A stretch of DNA of 64,000 nucleotides from Felis catus (lineage: Eukaryota), in NCBI RefSeq assembly GCF_018350175.1, contig NC_058368.1, forward strand, positions 61,196,001 through 61,260,000, given 5' to 3'. The translations under genes and the position numbers were made by a program. This document shows positions 1 to 12,056 of this stretch, piece after piece (within the stretch, counting starts at the first letter, position 1; every line of letters begins with the position of its first letter). Under the pieces are notes generated by a model that ran no database searches, was not told the DNA's origin, and saw only the letters and a program-made list of their open reading frames with translations.

Positions 1-403
1 AACTTAAAATTTGAATTTATTTTAGTAATATAGTTTTGAGGAGATAATAGCTGGCATTAACTGAAATAACAAAGTAAAAATAAAGTTGTAATTCAGAGAA
101 AAAATGATAGAAAGATGAATAGACTGTATTTGCCTAATGTTTTAAAGTGGAAAATACTTATCAAAATTAGAGTCCCCAGATGAATATGGTCATTATTATC
201 CAATTGTTGAATAGATACTGAAGATAATTTCCAAATATAAAATCATTATTTAAAAAGAAATGAAAAATATATTTAAATTAGCTGAAATCATTGCATTATT
301 TAGGGAATAAAAAAACGATTTAGACTTCTCAAAAACCATTTAATCATATGCATTTCTATAATATATCAACAACTTTTTGTTAGCTTCTAAATGGTATCTT
401 TCC

Positions 404-600
404 GGGGCGCCTGGGTGGCTCAGTCGGCTAAGCGGCCGACTTCGGCTCAGTCATGATCTCACGGTCCGTGAGTTCGAGCCCCGCGTCGGGCTCTGTGCTG
501 ACAGCTCAGAGCCTGGAGCCCGTTTCAGATTCTGTGTCTCCCTGTCTCTCTGCCCCTCCCCTGCTCATGCTCTGTCTCTGTCTCAAAAATAAATAAACGT
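404..600 (+). mobile_element. CAN-SINE (felid SINEC_Fc-type), young
   Basis: GGGGCGCCTGGGTGGCTCAGTCGG head, B-box GAGTTCGAGCC, CT-rich body, AATAAA; perfect 16-bp TSD TAAATGGTATCTTTCC at 388-403 and 601-616. Confidence 0.97.
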
Positions 601-2732
601 TAAATGGTATCTTTCCTGTTCTAAATACTGGTAATTTAATTTTTCAGAAATAATAGGATGACAGTAGACAATATCATAACATTGTTCACATTTTGAGACA
701 ATTGTTTACTGCATTTCTATTAAGAAAGAATAAGATAATACTTTTAGCAAAGAAATGCAGAACAATAAATTTTAGGAATTATGCATGCTTTAAAGGCATG
801 TTGAATCACAAAATTGTATATTTCTATATTGACAGTTGACCTATTTTAGAACAAGATGCAAATCCTATGGCAAATTACACTACCATTCAAAGTGGGTTTC
901 AAAGAGATTTATATTAGCCACATATCAAATAGCTATTTACAGAAATAGTGATCATCACACAGTGTATCTGAGGCTCATGCACAAACGTCTTATAGGAACA
1001 ATCATTGATGAATTGGCCAAATTAAAGTATATTTCTAATGACATGCCATAGAGCTTTATTATTTTCTAAATTTGATTCAACAGTCACCATAAGACACCTA
1101 CTTATGTAAAGTACTTTGCTGTATGAATAACAATGAAAAATGTAGAATTCAGCATTTTACATATTATTGCAGTAGTGATATAGTCACAATAGCATGTAAT
1201 AATAATATATTTTAATGTTAATAGAATTGCATTGACCTTTGCTTGTAGTAAGATAGACATCTTGGCAATCGGCTAATTTCCATATAGGAATTCTAATTAT
1301 AATAATAATAATGTGTGTGTATATTATTAGAGACCCTAAAAGATAATAGGGAAATCCATTATGGATGGAAATACAGTTCTCTGGTCCAGAAAGTGACACA
1401 GTTTCTATAACTACCAGATACCAAGGGACATATAAATCAATGGTAGTGGCCCAGAAATTTAGTACCTTGTCCTGAGTAGAGTGTGAATTTGGATCCAACA
1501 CCACCTTATATATATCAAGGTCCAAAGAAAGGTTATCTCTCTCAGGCAAAAAGTGAATTAAAAAATTCTCACCGTACAGACAAAAGAGCAAGGGAGATTT
1601 TCTGTTTTTTCCCTGGTTCTGAGTAAAGATTGAAACAAAAAAAATGGCTCCCCAGAGAATGTGTTAATATTAACTAGTTCTCATATAATTTGATTATTGA
1701 CTCTCAAGGAGTCTCAAAAGCTACATGCTTTTTGAAACTTAACACAGGCCTATAGTATTCTTAGGCAATTGATATAAACAAACATAAACCCCCCTAAAAG
1801 AAATGCTTCCTCAACATGGTTCTCAAAATATTTCTATAGATAGAATTCCAGGAAATGTGAAATTGTAGTAATAATTGAAAACTGAAAAAAAAACCAAAAC
1901 TATACAAAATGCAGAAATAAGTAAATGAAGGAGAATTTAAAGAAAATCAGAACCAGATAAATGAACATCTGATTTAATTAAATTACTAAATATAGAAGTA
2001 TGAAGGATGTTTATTGTGTATATGGAAATTAAAGAGGCAATGGAGAAACTCAAGAAAGGTGCAATACACTGAGGTTAAAACATAGCTACAAGGTCAAACA
2101 GCATATTAGGCAATAAGTGACAATAAAACCAATAGGCATATAAAGTAAGGTAAATTACTGAGGTGTAAACAGAAACACAAAAGCTTGGAAAAAATATAGG
2201 TATGAAGGTTTAGCAGTAAGGCAGATGAGATGGTCCAAAATATACCTCTTAAGAATTCTAGAAATTAGTAATGACAAGGGAAAGAAAATATCCAAAGAGA
2301 TAATAGCCCAGACCTTATCATTGTGAGTGAAATATACAATCCCAGAATTCAGAAAAAGAAGGATCTCACACAGGTAATCATACAAAGAAATTCACACCTA
2401 GATATATCTTTGTAAAGCCACAGGGTTGCTCATGAAAACAAAAGCCCTTAAAAACAGATGGGGGACAAAAGCTGATTATTAAGTAAAAGAAAATGTATGG
2501 ACCCTTGAGTTTTCGCTCGCAGTGAGAAGACAGGGAATAATAGTTCCAAATTATTGATGGGAATAATCTGTGTCCTAAAATTGTATGCCAGCAAAACTCT
2601 TTCTCCAGAGTATAACCTAAACAAAGACATTTTCTGACCTATATCGAGCCAAAACCATTACTAAAGTGTGAATAAATTTCAAAAGAGGAAAAATCGTAGG
2701 AAGAAGCTGGCCATGTTAAAGGAGATTATGTG

Positions 2733-2953
2733 GGGGCGCCTGGGTGGCTCAGTCAGTTGAGCATCTGACTTCGGCTCAGGTCATGATCTCATAGTTTGTG
2801 AGTTCGAGCCCCACGTTGGGCTCTGTGCTGACAACTCAGAGCCTGAAGCCTGCTTCAGATTCTGTGTCTCCCTCTCTCTGCCCCTTCCCTGCTCATGCTG
2901 TGTCTTTTTCTGTCTCTCAAAGATGAATAAACATTAAAATTTTTTTTCAAAAA
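2733..2953 (+). mobile_element. CAN-SINE
   Basis: Full head and body; TSD GAGATTATGTG at 2722-2732 and 2954-2964. Confidence 0.96.
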
Positions 2954-3436
2954 GAGATTATGTGCTAGTAAAATGGTAAATACAGGTTTTTAATCACAAT
3001 AAAGTTTGAACTAACATAAGTAATATAAAGCAAAAGTAACAAATCCTAATTGGCAGAATTTTAAAAAGTAAGATTAATGTGAGGAAGATACATAAATCAT
3101 TTTGTATAAACTAGAATAGGTGTGCTCCCAATTATTGCATCCTAGATTCCTTTTTTTGGTTCAGGAAAGGAGTAAACTACTGATTCATTTTAGAATATGC
3201 TAAACTACACTTAGTGAAGTGTCCAGGGTAATCATTAAAGTAACAAAAACATTGTGTATCTTCTACATCAATGGTGTGGAAAAAGGAAATGAGGAAAATT
3301 ATAAAGCAATCAAAGGAAGAAATCTGTGTCAGAAAAAAGAAAAGGTGGGATAAATAGAAAGAAAAAATTCAAATATGTCATATTCACAAGATAAATGAAT
3401 TCAACTAGACTTAGATTGCATTAAAATACTAGATGC

Positions 3437-3636
3437 CAGGCACCTGGGAGGCTAAGTCGGTTAAGCATCCAAAGCTTGATTTCAGCTCTGGTGAAGACCT
3501 CAGGGTTTGTGAGTTTGAGTTCTCTGCTGACAGTGCAGAGCCTGCTTGGGATTCTTTCTCTCTCCCTCTCTCTGCCCCTCCCCCACTTGTACTGTCTCCC
3601 TCTCTCTCTCAAGGTGAATAAAATAAATTAAAAAAA
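3437..3636 (+). mobile_element. CAN-SINE (older subfamily)
   Basis: Diverged head, CT tract, poly(A); TSD AAAATACTAGATGC at 3423-3436 and 3637-3650. Confidence 0.95.
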
Positions 3637-3698
3637 AAAATACTAGATGCAGCATACAGGAGAAACACCAGTGCACACGGTGGAAAGAAAAAGGATGG

Positions 3699-4113
3699 AA
3701 TATTACTTTGCTAGGACTGCCATAATAAAGTACCAAAGACTGGGTTGTTTAAACAACAAAAATTTATATTCTCACAGATATAGAGCCCAGAAATTCAAAG
3801 TCAAGGTGTTGGCATGGTTGTTTTTTTCTGAGGGCCACAAGAAAGAACGTGTTCCAGGCCTCTCTTCTTGCCTTATGGATGGTCATTGTCCCCCGGTGTC
3901 TTCATATATCCTCTTTTCTCTGTATAGGTCTATTTGAATTTCCTCCTCTAATGAAGACACTAGTCACATTATATTAAGGCCCACCCTAATGACCTCATTT
4001 TAACTTAATTACTTCTTTGAAGACCTTGTTTTGAAATAGAGTCATGTTCTGAGGTTCTGACGGTTAAAACTTCAACATTGTTAATTTTAAGGGACATGAG
4101 TTAGCCCGTAACA
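3699..4113 (-). mobile_element. MaLR solo LTR (MLT1A/B-like)
   Basis: TTTGCTAGGACTGCCATAATAAAGTACC...CCACCCTAATGACCTCATTTTAACTTAATTAC...GCCCGTAACA resembles the reverse complement of MLT1. Confidence 0.85.
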
Positions 4114-5550
4114 GGTAGAAAAAGACATACTACAGAAATATTAAAAAATAAGCTCTATAGTTACATTAATAACAAAAGAAGCTAAGACCTTAGACAAATT
4201 GTATTTCTAATGATAAAGGGACTATCTTATGGTTTAAGACTCAGTTCACTATAAGGTATGATAATTTTTCAGTTGCACGCACCTAATGAAATCCTTTCAA
4301 AGTATTAGAACACAAAAGGAAATCAATAAATTTACCAAAATTGTCTAATATTTTTTAACATACCTCTTCCAGCCATTCATTAATCAAACATAAAAAGTCA
4401 GTAAGAGTAAAGAAAAAATTATGCAATTAACAAAATTAAATGGACATGTCTAGGACTGAGAACTTAACAATTAGTGACAATATATATTTTCTTAAACACA
4501 TCTGAAACAGTTCTATCCACTGAGAAATATCCATTTATACCATATATCAAGTTTCAACAAATTTTTGATGAGATGGATCACATAGGCCACATATTTTGGC
4601 CATAAAAAATTATACCATAAATATCAAAAGGATGAGACTATTATAAATTAATAGAATGTTAACCCATAGATGGATAAAATAAAGAGAAATTAGGAAAAAA
4701 AACGTAGCATTGAAATACAACAAAAATACTACATATCAAAACTTTTATATAAAATATATATATGAAATATATCTATCTCTATAGTAAATGTATAGAGAGC
4801 CACAGTCATTATTATAATTCTAAAATCCAAAGGCTCTATTTTTAATGTTGACACCAAAATCTTCTCTTAAAGAGCTGAAGTCTTGAACTTTATTTGACTT
4901 TCATATATTTCAATTCATCCTCAAAGTTTTCTTTACCAAATTATGTCTTCCAAATTTTAACTGTGAATTCTATGTGTTCCCTATGTTTAAAAGAACCATA
5001 TACACTGTATGTTTCTGTCAGCTAGTTCCACTAATAAAGAACTTAACAACTTGTATTCAAGTTTGACTGTATCACAATACCCAGTTTCATTCCTTGTTTC
5101 AGAAATCATTGATATCCCTATGCATGCCCATGGCTTTTCAATACGCTCTTGTATATTTTATCTTTACCCTATTGCTCTTATTTCCAATATGATGTCCCTG
5201 CTTCCCTGAAAGACAGTTATTTTAATGTGCTTAGTACTATTATTTCTTCATATTGTTTTCAGTTATTTGTTCAATTTCCCTATTCTAACTTGTTAAACTT
5301 AATGTGTATTTTTTTAAATCAGTTATTCTCTTTGGGAGAAAGGTAATCAACAACAGTGTTTTAAATACTTCCTAACGTATGTCTCACCAACCATTTTGTT
5401 ATTGCCATTTTTATTACTGAAATGTTATTTTATTATTAAAATTGTTAAAATATATTTATTATTGCTTAGTTTAAGTATTGGCTTTTTTGCCTAATATTTT
5501 ATAGGATATATAATTGAGGTTCCAAGTATAAGGATTGCTATTAGCTATGT

Positions 5551-5600
5551 AGTTTATATCCAGTTTAAATCCAGTTTATATCCAGGTTAAATCCAGTTTT
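5551..5600. repeat. 11-bp tandem repeat, about 4.5 copies (AGTTTA[T/A]ATCC)
   Basis: Units read directly at 5551, 5562, 5573 and 5584. Confidence 0.9.
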
Positions 5601-5797
5601 GATTTATAATTAATTCATTTGTGGTCAAAGAACACAACATATACAATGCTGATTCTTCAAAGGTATTTAGAATATCATTATGAATTTAATGTTATTAATT
5701 TTATAAATATTTGATGTGAGGTTAAATAAATTTACATTGTGTAATTGTAGCACATAAGAGCAAAACACAAAGATGCAAATTTAAAATTGAGATAAAA

Positions 5798-6050
5798 GGG
5801 CACCTGGGTGGCTCAGTTGATTAAGTGTCAGACTCTTGATTTCAACTCAGGTCATGATCTTACAGTAGGTGGGATTGAACCCCACGTTGTTGCCGGGCTC
5901 TGTGCTGACAACATGGAACCTACTTGGGATTCTCTCTCTCCCTCTCTCTGCCCCTCCCCTCCTCATGCATGTGCAGTCTCTCTCACTCTCTCAGAATGAA
6001 CTTTAAATGAACTTAAGTTCTTTAAATGAACTTAAAAAAAAATAAAAAAA
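5798..6050 (+). mobile_element. CAN-SINE
   Basis: GGGCACCTGGGTGGCTCAG head; TSD TAAAATTGAGA(T/A)AAAA at 5782-5797 and 6051-6066. Confidence 0.95.
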
Positions 6051-6444
6051 TAAAATTGAGAAAAAAATGTCAGATTAATGTGTTTGTGTATAAATTCCAT
6101 TTCATTATTTTCTCATTCCCTATCTCTTTCACTTATGTCTCTTTTTTTTCTTTAAATGCATGTTAAAATATCTTACTACAAATATTGATTCATGTACCTG
6201 TATCTCTTGTTCTGCTAGCTGTTGTTGTTTGTACTTTGAGATCAAGTTGTTAGATACATGTGTTTGTACTTTTTAATTTGTTTCTTTACTAGTATTTTTA
6301 CACTTGAATTTATAGCATTTCTCTTTAGTATTTATCAAATCATGATTTTTTTTCACTGTATATGTTTAAAAAATTGCTTGCACGGCCTTTGTTTGTTTAT
6401 ATTTTTCCGGTGTATAGTTTCCATTCCTGTATTTTTTTATGATT

Positions 6445-7600
6445 TCTTTTTTGAGGTGAAATTCATATAACAAAAAATTAACTGTTTTAAAGTGGCCAAT
6501 TCAGTTAAATTCAGTACATTCACAATGTTGTGCAGCAACTAGTCATATCTGCTTCCAAAAAATGTCATCAATCCCGAAAGAAACCACATACTTACTAGTT
6601 ACTCTCCATTACCTCTCCCTAAGGACTTGGCAATCGTTGATTTGCTCTCTGCCTCTACGGATTTACCTACTGTAGATACTTCATGTAAGTGGATGATAAA
6701 ATATGTAACACATTGTTTCTGGTTTCTGTCACCAAAAATAATGTTTCTAGGTTCATACATGTTGTATGTCATATCTTAGTATATGGCTGAATTATATTCC
6801 ATTGTATGTATATTCCACATTTTATTTTTTCATTCATCTGTTGATAAACATTTGGGTTGATTCCACTTTTTGATTACTATGAGCAGTGATGTCCTGAACA
6901 TGCATGTGCGTGTATTTGTCATCCATTTTGATTGTGTGTGTGTGCGCGCGTGTGTGTCTATGTGTACAGCTAGGAGTGAAATTGCTGGATCATTTGATAA
7001 TTCTGTATTTAACTATTTGAGGTACTGCCAAAAATCATTTTCCACAATAACTGAATCACTTTATATTCCCATCAGCAATGTAAAAAGTTTCTAATTTCAG
7101 GTCCTCAAAAACACTGGTTTCCTTTTTGATTGTAGCTGTACCAGTGTGTGTGTGAGTGACATATTATTGTGCTTTTGATTTGTATTTTCTTAACGACTAA
7201 TGATGTTAAGCGTTTTTTATATGGTTGTTGGAAATTTTTATATTTTCTGTGGAGAAACATCTATTTAAATTTCACCTACATCTAAACTGGATTTTTATGT
7301 TTTTGTTGTTGAGTTGTAAGAGTTCTTTGTTCTGGATACTAGATATTATCATATATATGATTAGCAAATTGTTTCTCCCATTTGTTACGTTGTGCATTCG
7401 CTTTCTTAATAATATGCTTTTATACACAAAAGTTTTTAATTTTGATGAAGTCAAAATTATCTGTTTTTTTCCTTTTATATTTTCTTTTTTTTTCCTTTTT
7501 CCTTTTCTGTTTATATTTTTGGTGTCATATCTAAGAATTAATTGTCAAATTGAAGGTCATGAGGATTAGCCCCTGTGTTTTCTTTTAACAGTTTTACTAT
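6445..7600 (-). mobile_element. L1MA/MB-type 3' end (ORF2 C-terminus plus 3'UTR)
   Basis: TTTTGAGGTGAAATTCATATAAC..., ATTCCATTGTATG, TAGGAGTGAAATTGCTGGATCAT, TTTTAATTTTGATGAAGTC are typical reversed L1 3' segments. Confidence 0.85.
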
Positions 7601-7609
7601 GAGTTTTAG

Positions 7610-8560
7610 CTTTTGGACAGTTTAGTCTATTTGCATTTAAAATAATTACTGGTCAGGAAAGACTTCTGTCATTTTATCATATGATTTCTGTATGATATAT
7701 ACCTTTTGGTGTTCCTCATTTTCTCTATCACTAGCTTCTTTGTGTTTTATTTATTTTTTTGTAGTATATCTTTTTAGTTCCCTCTTATTTCCTTTTGTGT
7801 TTTTTAGATATTTTCTTAGTGATTACCATACAGAGTAACAACCCATATTTATACCAATTGACTTTGAATTGGTATCAACTTAGCTTGAATAGCATAAAAA
7901 CACTTCCACTCTATATAGCTCCTTATCATGTTATTTCATAAATACATTCTTAAACATTATGTGACTATTAATTTGGCTTTATAATTATTGTTTTATGCTT
8001 TGTCTTTTAAATTATATGGAAATGAAAGGAAGTTTTTCAGTCCAAAAATACAGTAGTGGTTTTTACTTTTACCTATGTGATTATCTTCACCAGAGTTCAA
8101 TATTTCTTCATATGCTTAGAGTTACTGTCTACTGTCTGACACTGAAAGATAATAGCATTTCTTGCAGGGTGGGTCTCCTAGTGACCAAATGTCTCAACCT
8201 TTGTTTACTGGGAATGCTTTAATTTCTGATTGATTTTTGAATGTTAGTTTTGCTATTACTGGTTGCCACTAATCTCTCTTGGCACTTTGAAAATATTACA
8301 CCAATCACTCTTGTCTCCATGGTTTCTGATAAGAACATTGCTATGAATTGTATTAAGGGTACTTTGGGATGACTTGCTTCTCCCTTATTGCTTTCAGGAT
8401 TCTGTTTATCTTTGGCTTTTCACATTTTGATTGTAATGGATTTCAGTGTGGATTTCTTTGCATGTTTTGAACTATTGAGGTTCTAAATGTGTATTTGTCA
8501 TTAATCAAATTGAGAATTTTTTGGTCATCCTTTTTTCAAGCAATTTTTCTGTTCTTTCTT
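7610..8560 (-). mobile_element. Old L1M inter-ORF/ORF1 fragment
   Basis: T-rich; TAGCATTTCTTGCAGGGTGGGTCTCCTAGTGAC...CTCAACCTTTGTTTA and GGTTTCTGATAAGAAC resemble reversed L1 ORF1. Confidence 0.6.
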
Positions 8561-8585
8561 TTTCTTTCTTTCTTCTGCTCTCTGG

Positions 8586-8742
8586 TTATTCCTAAGTTTT
8601 TATTATTTTTGGTGTTATTTTAAATGGAATTGTTTTCTTAGTTTCCTTTTCAGATTGTTCACTGTTAGCGTATAGAAATATAACCAATTTTTGTATGCTG
8701 GTTTTTTGTCCTGCAACTTTGCTGAATTTGTTTCTTGTTAGA
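8586..8742 (-). mobile_element. L1 ORF2 RT-region fragment from a separate copy
   Basis: Homologous to 9552-9706 and about 30150-30303 but diverged from both. Confidence 0.75.
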
Positions 8743-11377
8743 TTTCATTTGGAAGCTTCAAATATCTTTTCCCACTTGATAGGTTGTATTTTAGTTTTGT
8801 TGATTGTTTCATTTGCTGTGCAGAAGCTTTTTAGTTTAGTCTCAATAGTTTATTTTTGCATTTGTTTCTCTTGCCTTAGGAAACATATCTAGAAAAATGG
8901 TTCCATGGCCAGTATCAGAGAAGTTACTGCCTATGCTCTCTTCTAGAATTTTTATGGATTCAGATCTGACATTTAGGTGAGATCACATTTACTCACATTT
9001 AATCCATTTTGAATTTATTTATGTATATAGTATAAAAAAGTAGTCCATCTTTATTCTTCTGCAGGTAGCCATCTAGTTTTCCCAACACCATTTGTTGAAG
9101 AGATGTTTTTCCATTGTATATTTCTGCCTCCTTTGTCAAAGACTAATTGACCATATAGTTGTGCTTTACTTCTAGGATGTCTGTTCTGTTGATCTATGTG
9201 TGTGTTTTTGTGACAATACTATATTTTTATGATGACTATAGCTTTGTAACATATTTTAAAATCTGGGGTTGTGATACCTCCAATTGTCTTCTTTTTGAAG
9301 ATTAATTTGACTATTTGGGGTCTTTTGTGGTTTCATGCAAATTTTAGTATGATTTGTTCTAGCTGTGTGAAAAATTTGTTGGTGTTTTGAAAAGGATAGT
9401 TTTAAATCTGTGGTATGAACATTTTAATGACATTTGTTCTCCCAATCCATGAGCATGGAATATCTTTCCATCTATTTGTGTTGTCTTTAATTTCTCTCAT
9501 CAATGTCTTCTAGGTTTTCAGAGTACAGGTCTTTTGTCTCCTTGGTTAAGTTTATTCCTAGGTATTTTATTATGTTTTATGCAATTGTAAATGGGACTGT
9601 TTTCTTAATTTCTTTTTCTGCTACTTCATTTTTAGTGTGCAGATATGCAACAAATTTCTGCATATTGATTTTATATCCTGTGATCTTATTGAATATCAGT
9701 TTTAGTAGTTTTTTTTTTTTTGGTGGAGTCTTTACAGTTTTCTATCTATAGAATTGTCTGCCAATTGTGAAAGTTAAACTTCTTCCTTACCAATTTAAAT
9801 GTATTTTATTTCTTTTTGTTTTCTGATTGCTGTGGCTAGGACTTCCTGTACTCCATTGAATAAAAGTGGTAAGAGTGGATATTTTTGTCTTGTTCCTCAT
9901 CTTAGGGGAAAACTCTGTTTTTCACCATTGAGTATGATTTCAGGTGTGGATTTTTCATATGTGGCCTTCATTATGCTGAGGTATATTCTCTCTAAATCTA
10001 TTTTATTGAGTGTTTTTTTTTTGATAATGAACAGATGTTGTACTTTGTCAAATGCTTCTTTTGCATCTATTGAAATGATCATGTGGTTTTATCCTTTCTC
10101 TTATTGATGTGATTTATCACATTGAGTGTTTTGTGAATATAGAGCCACCCTGATATTTCAGGAATAAATGTCACTTAATCTTGATGAATGACTTTTTAAC
10201 ATACTGTTGGATCCATTTTGCTCATATTTAGTTGAGGGATTTTGCATCTATGTTCATCAGAGGTATTGGCTATAGTTCTCTTTTTTTGTACTATCTTTAT
10301 TTGATTTTAGTATCAGAGTAATGTTGGCCTCATAAAATGAATTTGGAAGCTTTCTTTTCTATATTTTTTAAATAGCTTGAGAATAGGTATTAACTGTCTT
10401 TTAAATGTTTGGTAGTGTTCACCTGTGAAGACATCTGGTCCTGGATTTTTATTGGGAATTTTTTGACTACTGATTCAATTTTGTTGATGATAATTGGTTT
10501 GTTCAAATTTTATTTTTCTTCCTGATTCAGTTTTGGAAAGTTACATATTTCCAGTTATAGGTTTAGTTTCTAGTCTGTTTATTTATGTTCTAATCTTTAT
10601 TATTTCCTTCCTCCTACTGGCTTTGGGTTTGTTTGTTCTTTCTTTTCTACCTCCTTTTTGTGTATGGTTAGGTTGCCTATTTGAGAAATTGCTTGCTTCT
10701 TGAGGTAGGCCTGTATTGAAATAAACTTCCCTTTTAGAACATCTTTTCCTACCTCCCAAGGATTTTGGATAGTTGTGTTTTCATTTTAATTTGTGTCCAT
10801 GTAACTTTTTTTATTTCCTCTTTGATTTCTTGATTGACCTATTCATTGTTTAGTTGCACATTATTTAACCTCCATGTTTTGTGTTCTTTCCAGAGTTTTT
10901 CATATGGTTGGTCTCTATTTTCATAACATTGTGGTCAGAAAAAATGCATGGTATGACATCAGCCTTTTTAAAATTTTTTAGTATTTGTTTTGTGGTCTAA
11001 TATTCTGTAGAATGTTCCACGTGCACTTCAAAAAAGCTATATTCTGTTGTTTTGTAATGTAATGTTCTGAATATATCTCGTACTTCCCTTTGGTCCAATG
11101 TGTCACTCAAAGCCATTATTTTCTTGTTGATTTTCTGTTTGGATGATCTATCCATTGATGTTAGTGGGCAGTTAAGGTCTCCTACTATTATTGTATTACT
11201 ATTGATTAATTTCTTTATGCTTGTTTTTAGCTGCTTTATGTATTTGGATGATCCCGTGTTCACTGCTTAAATATTTGCCGTTGTTACATTTTATTATTGA
11301 ATTGTTTCCTTTATGATTATGTAGTGTCCTTCTTTGCGTCTTGTTACAGTATTTGTTTTCAAGTCTGTTTTGTCAGA

Positions 11378-11468
11378 GTGGCATCTGGTTGGCTCAGTTG
11401 GTAGAGCATGAAACTCTCAATAACAAGATAGTGAGTTCAAGCCCCACACTGCGCAAGGAGCCTACTTA
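11378..11468 (+). mobile_element. Short tRNA-Lys-like CAN-SINE (SINEC_old-like) inserted in L1
   Basis: GGCTCAGTTGGTAGAGCATG...GAGTTCAAGCCCCAC...CTACTTAAA; 17-bp TSD at 11361-11377 and 11469-11485 (2 mismatches). Confidence 0.9.
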
Positions 11469-11849
11469 AAATCTATTTTGTCAGATATAAATATTGCTGT
11501 CCTGGCTTTCTTTCCATTTCCATTTGCATGATGAATGATTTTCTATTCCTTCACTTTCAATCTGCATTTGTCTTTAGGTCTGAAAAGAGTCTCTTGAACT
11601 GGGCATGTAGATGGGTGTTGCTTTTTTATCCATTCCATCACCCTATGTCTTTTGATTGAAGTATTTAATCCATTTACATTCAAAGTAATTATTGATAGGC
11701 TTTTTGCCATTTTGTTGCTTGTTTTATGGTTGTTTTTGTAGTTCTCTATGTTCCTTTCTTCCCCCCCTCCTTCTCTCACATTTTGCTGTTTTTTAGTGAT
11801 ATACTTGGATTCTTTTCTCTTTATTTTTTGTATACATATTACAATTTTT

Positions 11850-12056
11850 TTAAAAAAGTTTATTTTTGAGAGAGAGAGGAGAGAGAGTGCAAGTGGGGGA
11901 GGGGCAGAGAGAGAGAGAGAGACACAGAATCTGAAACAGGATCCAGGCCCTGAGCTTTCAGCACAGAGCCCGACACGAGGCTCGAACTTGGGAACAGCGA
12001 GATTATGACCTGAGCAGAATTTGGACACATAATCGACTGAGCCACCCAGGCACCCC
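11850..12056 (-). mobile_element. CAN-SINE inserted in the L1 inter-ORF region
   Basis: Reverse-complement head GACTGAGCCACCCAGGCACCCC and (GA)n tract. Confidence 0.95.

Larger units (their letters stand above)
1850..4760 (+). mobile_element. Old degenerate L1M (ORF1 to ORF2 endonuclease region), interrupted by two SINEs and an MLT1
   Basis: A-rich sense strand with remnants resembling L1 ORF1 (AAGAAATTCACACCTAGATATATC) and the endonuclease region (GCACCTAATGAAA, ACATCTGAAACAGTTC); boundaries approximate. Confidence 0.6.

Noticed and set aside
377..592. Recurring 'GAPGWLSRLS...VREFEPRVGLCADSSEPG' peptide family
   Set aside because: Translations of CAN-SINE copies, not a protein family.
1184..1591. 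135-aa minus-strand ORF
   Set aside because: Non-ATG start, no recognisable domain or splice context; adjoins old L1 sequence.
11378..11468. tRNA-Lys gene
   Set aside because: Degenerate tRNA-derived SINE with a TSD inside an L1; no intact cloverleaf.
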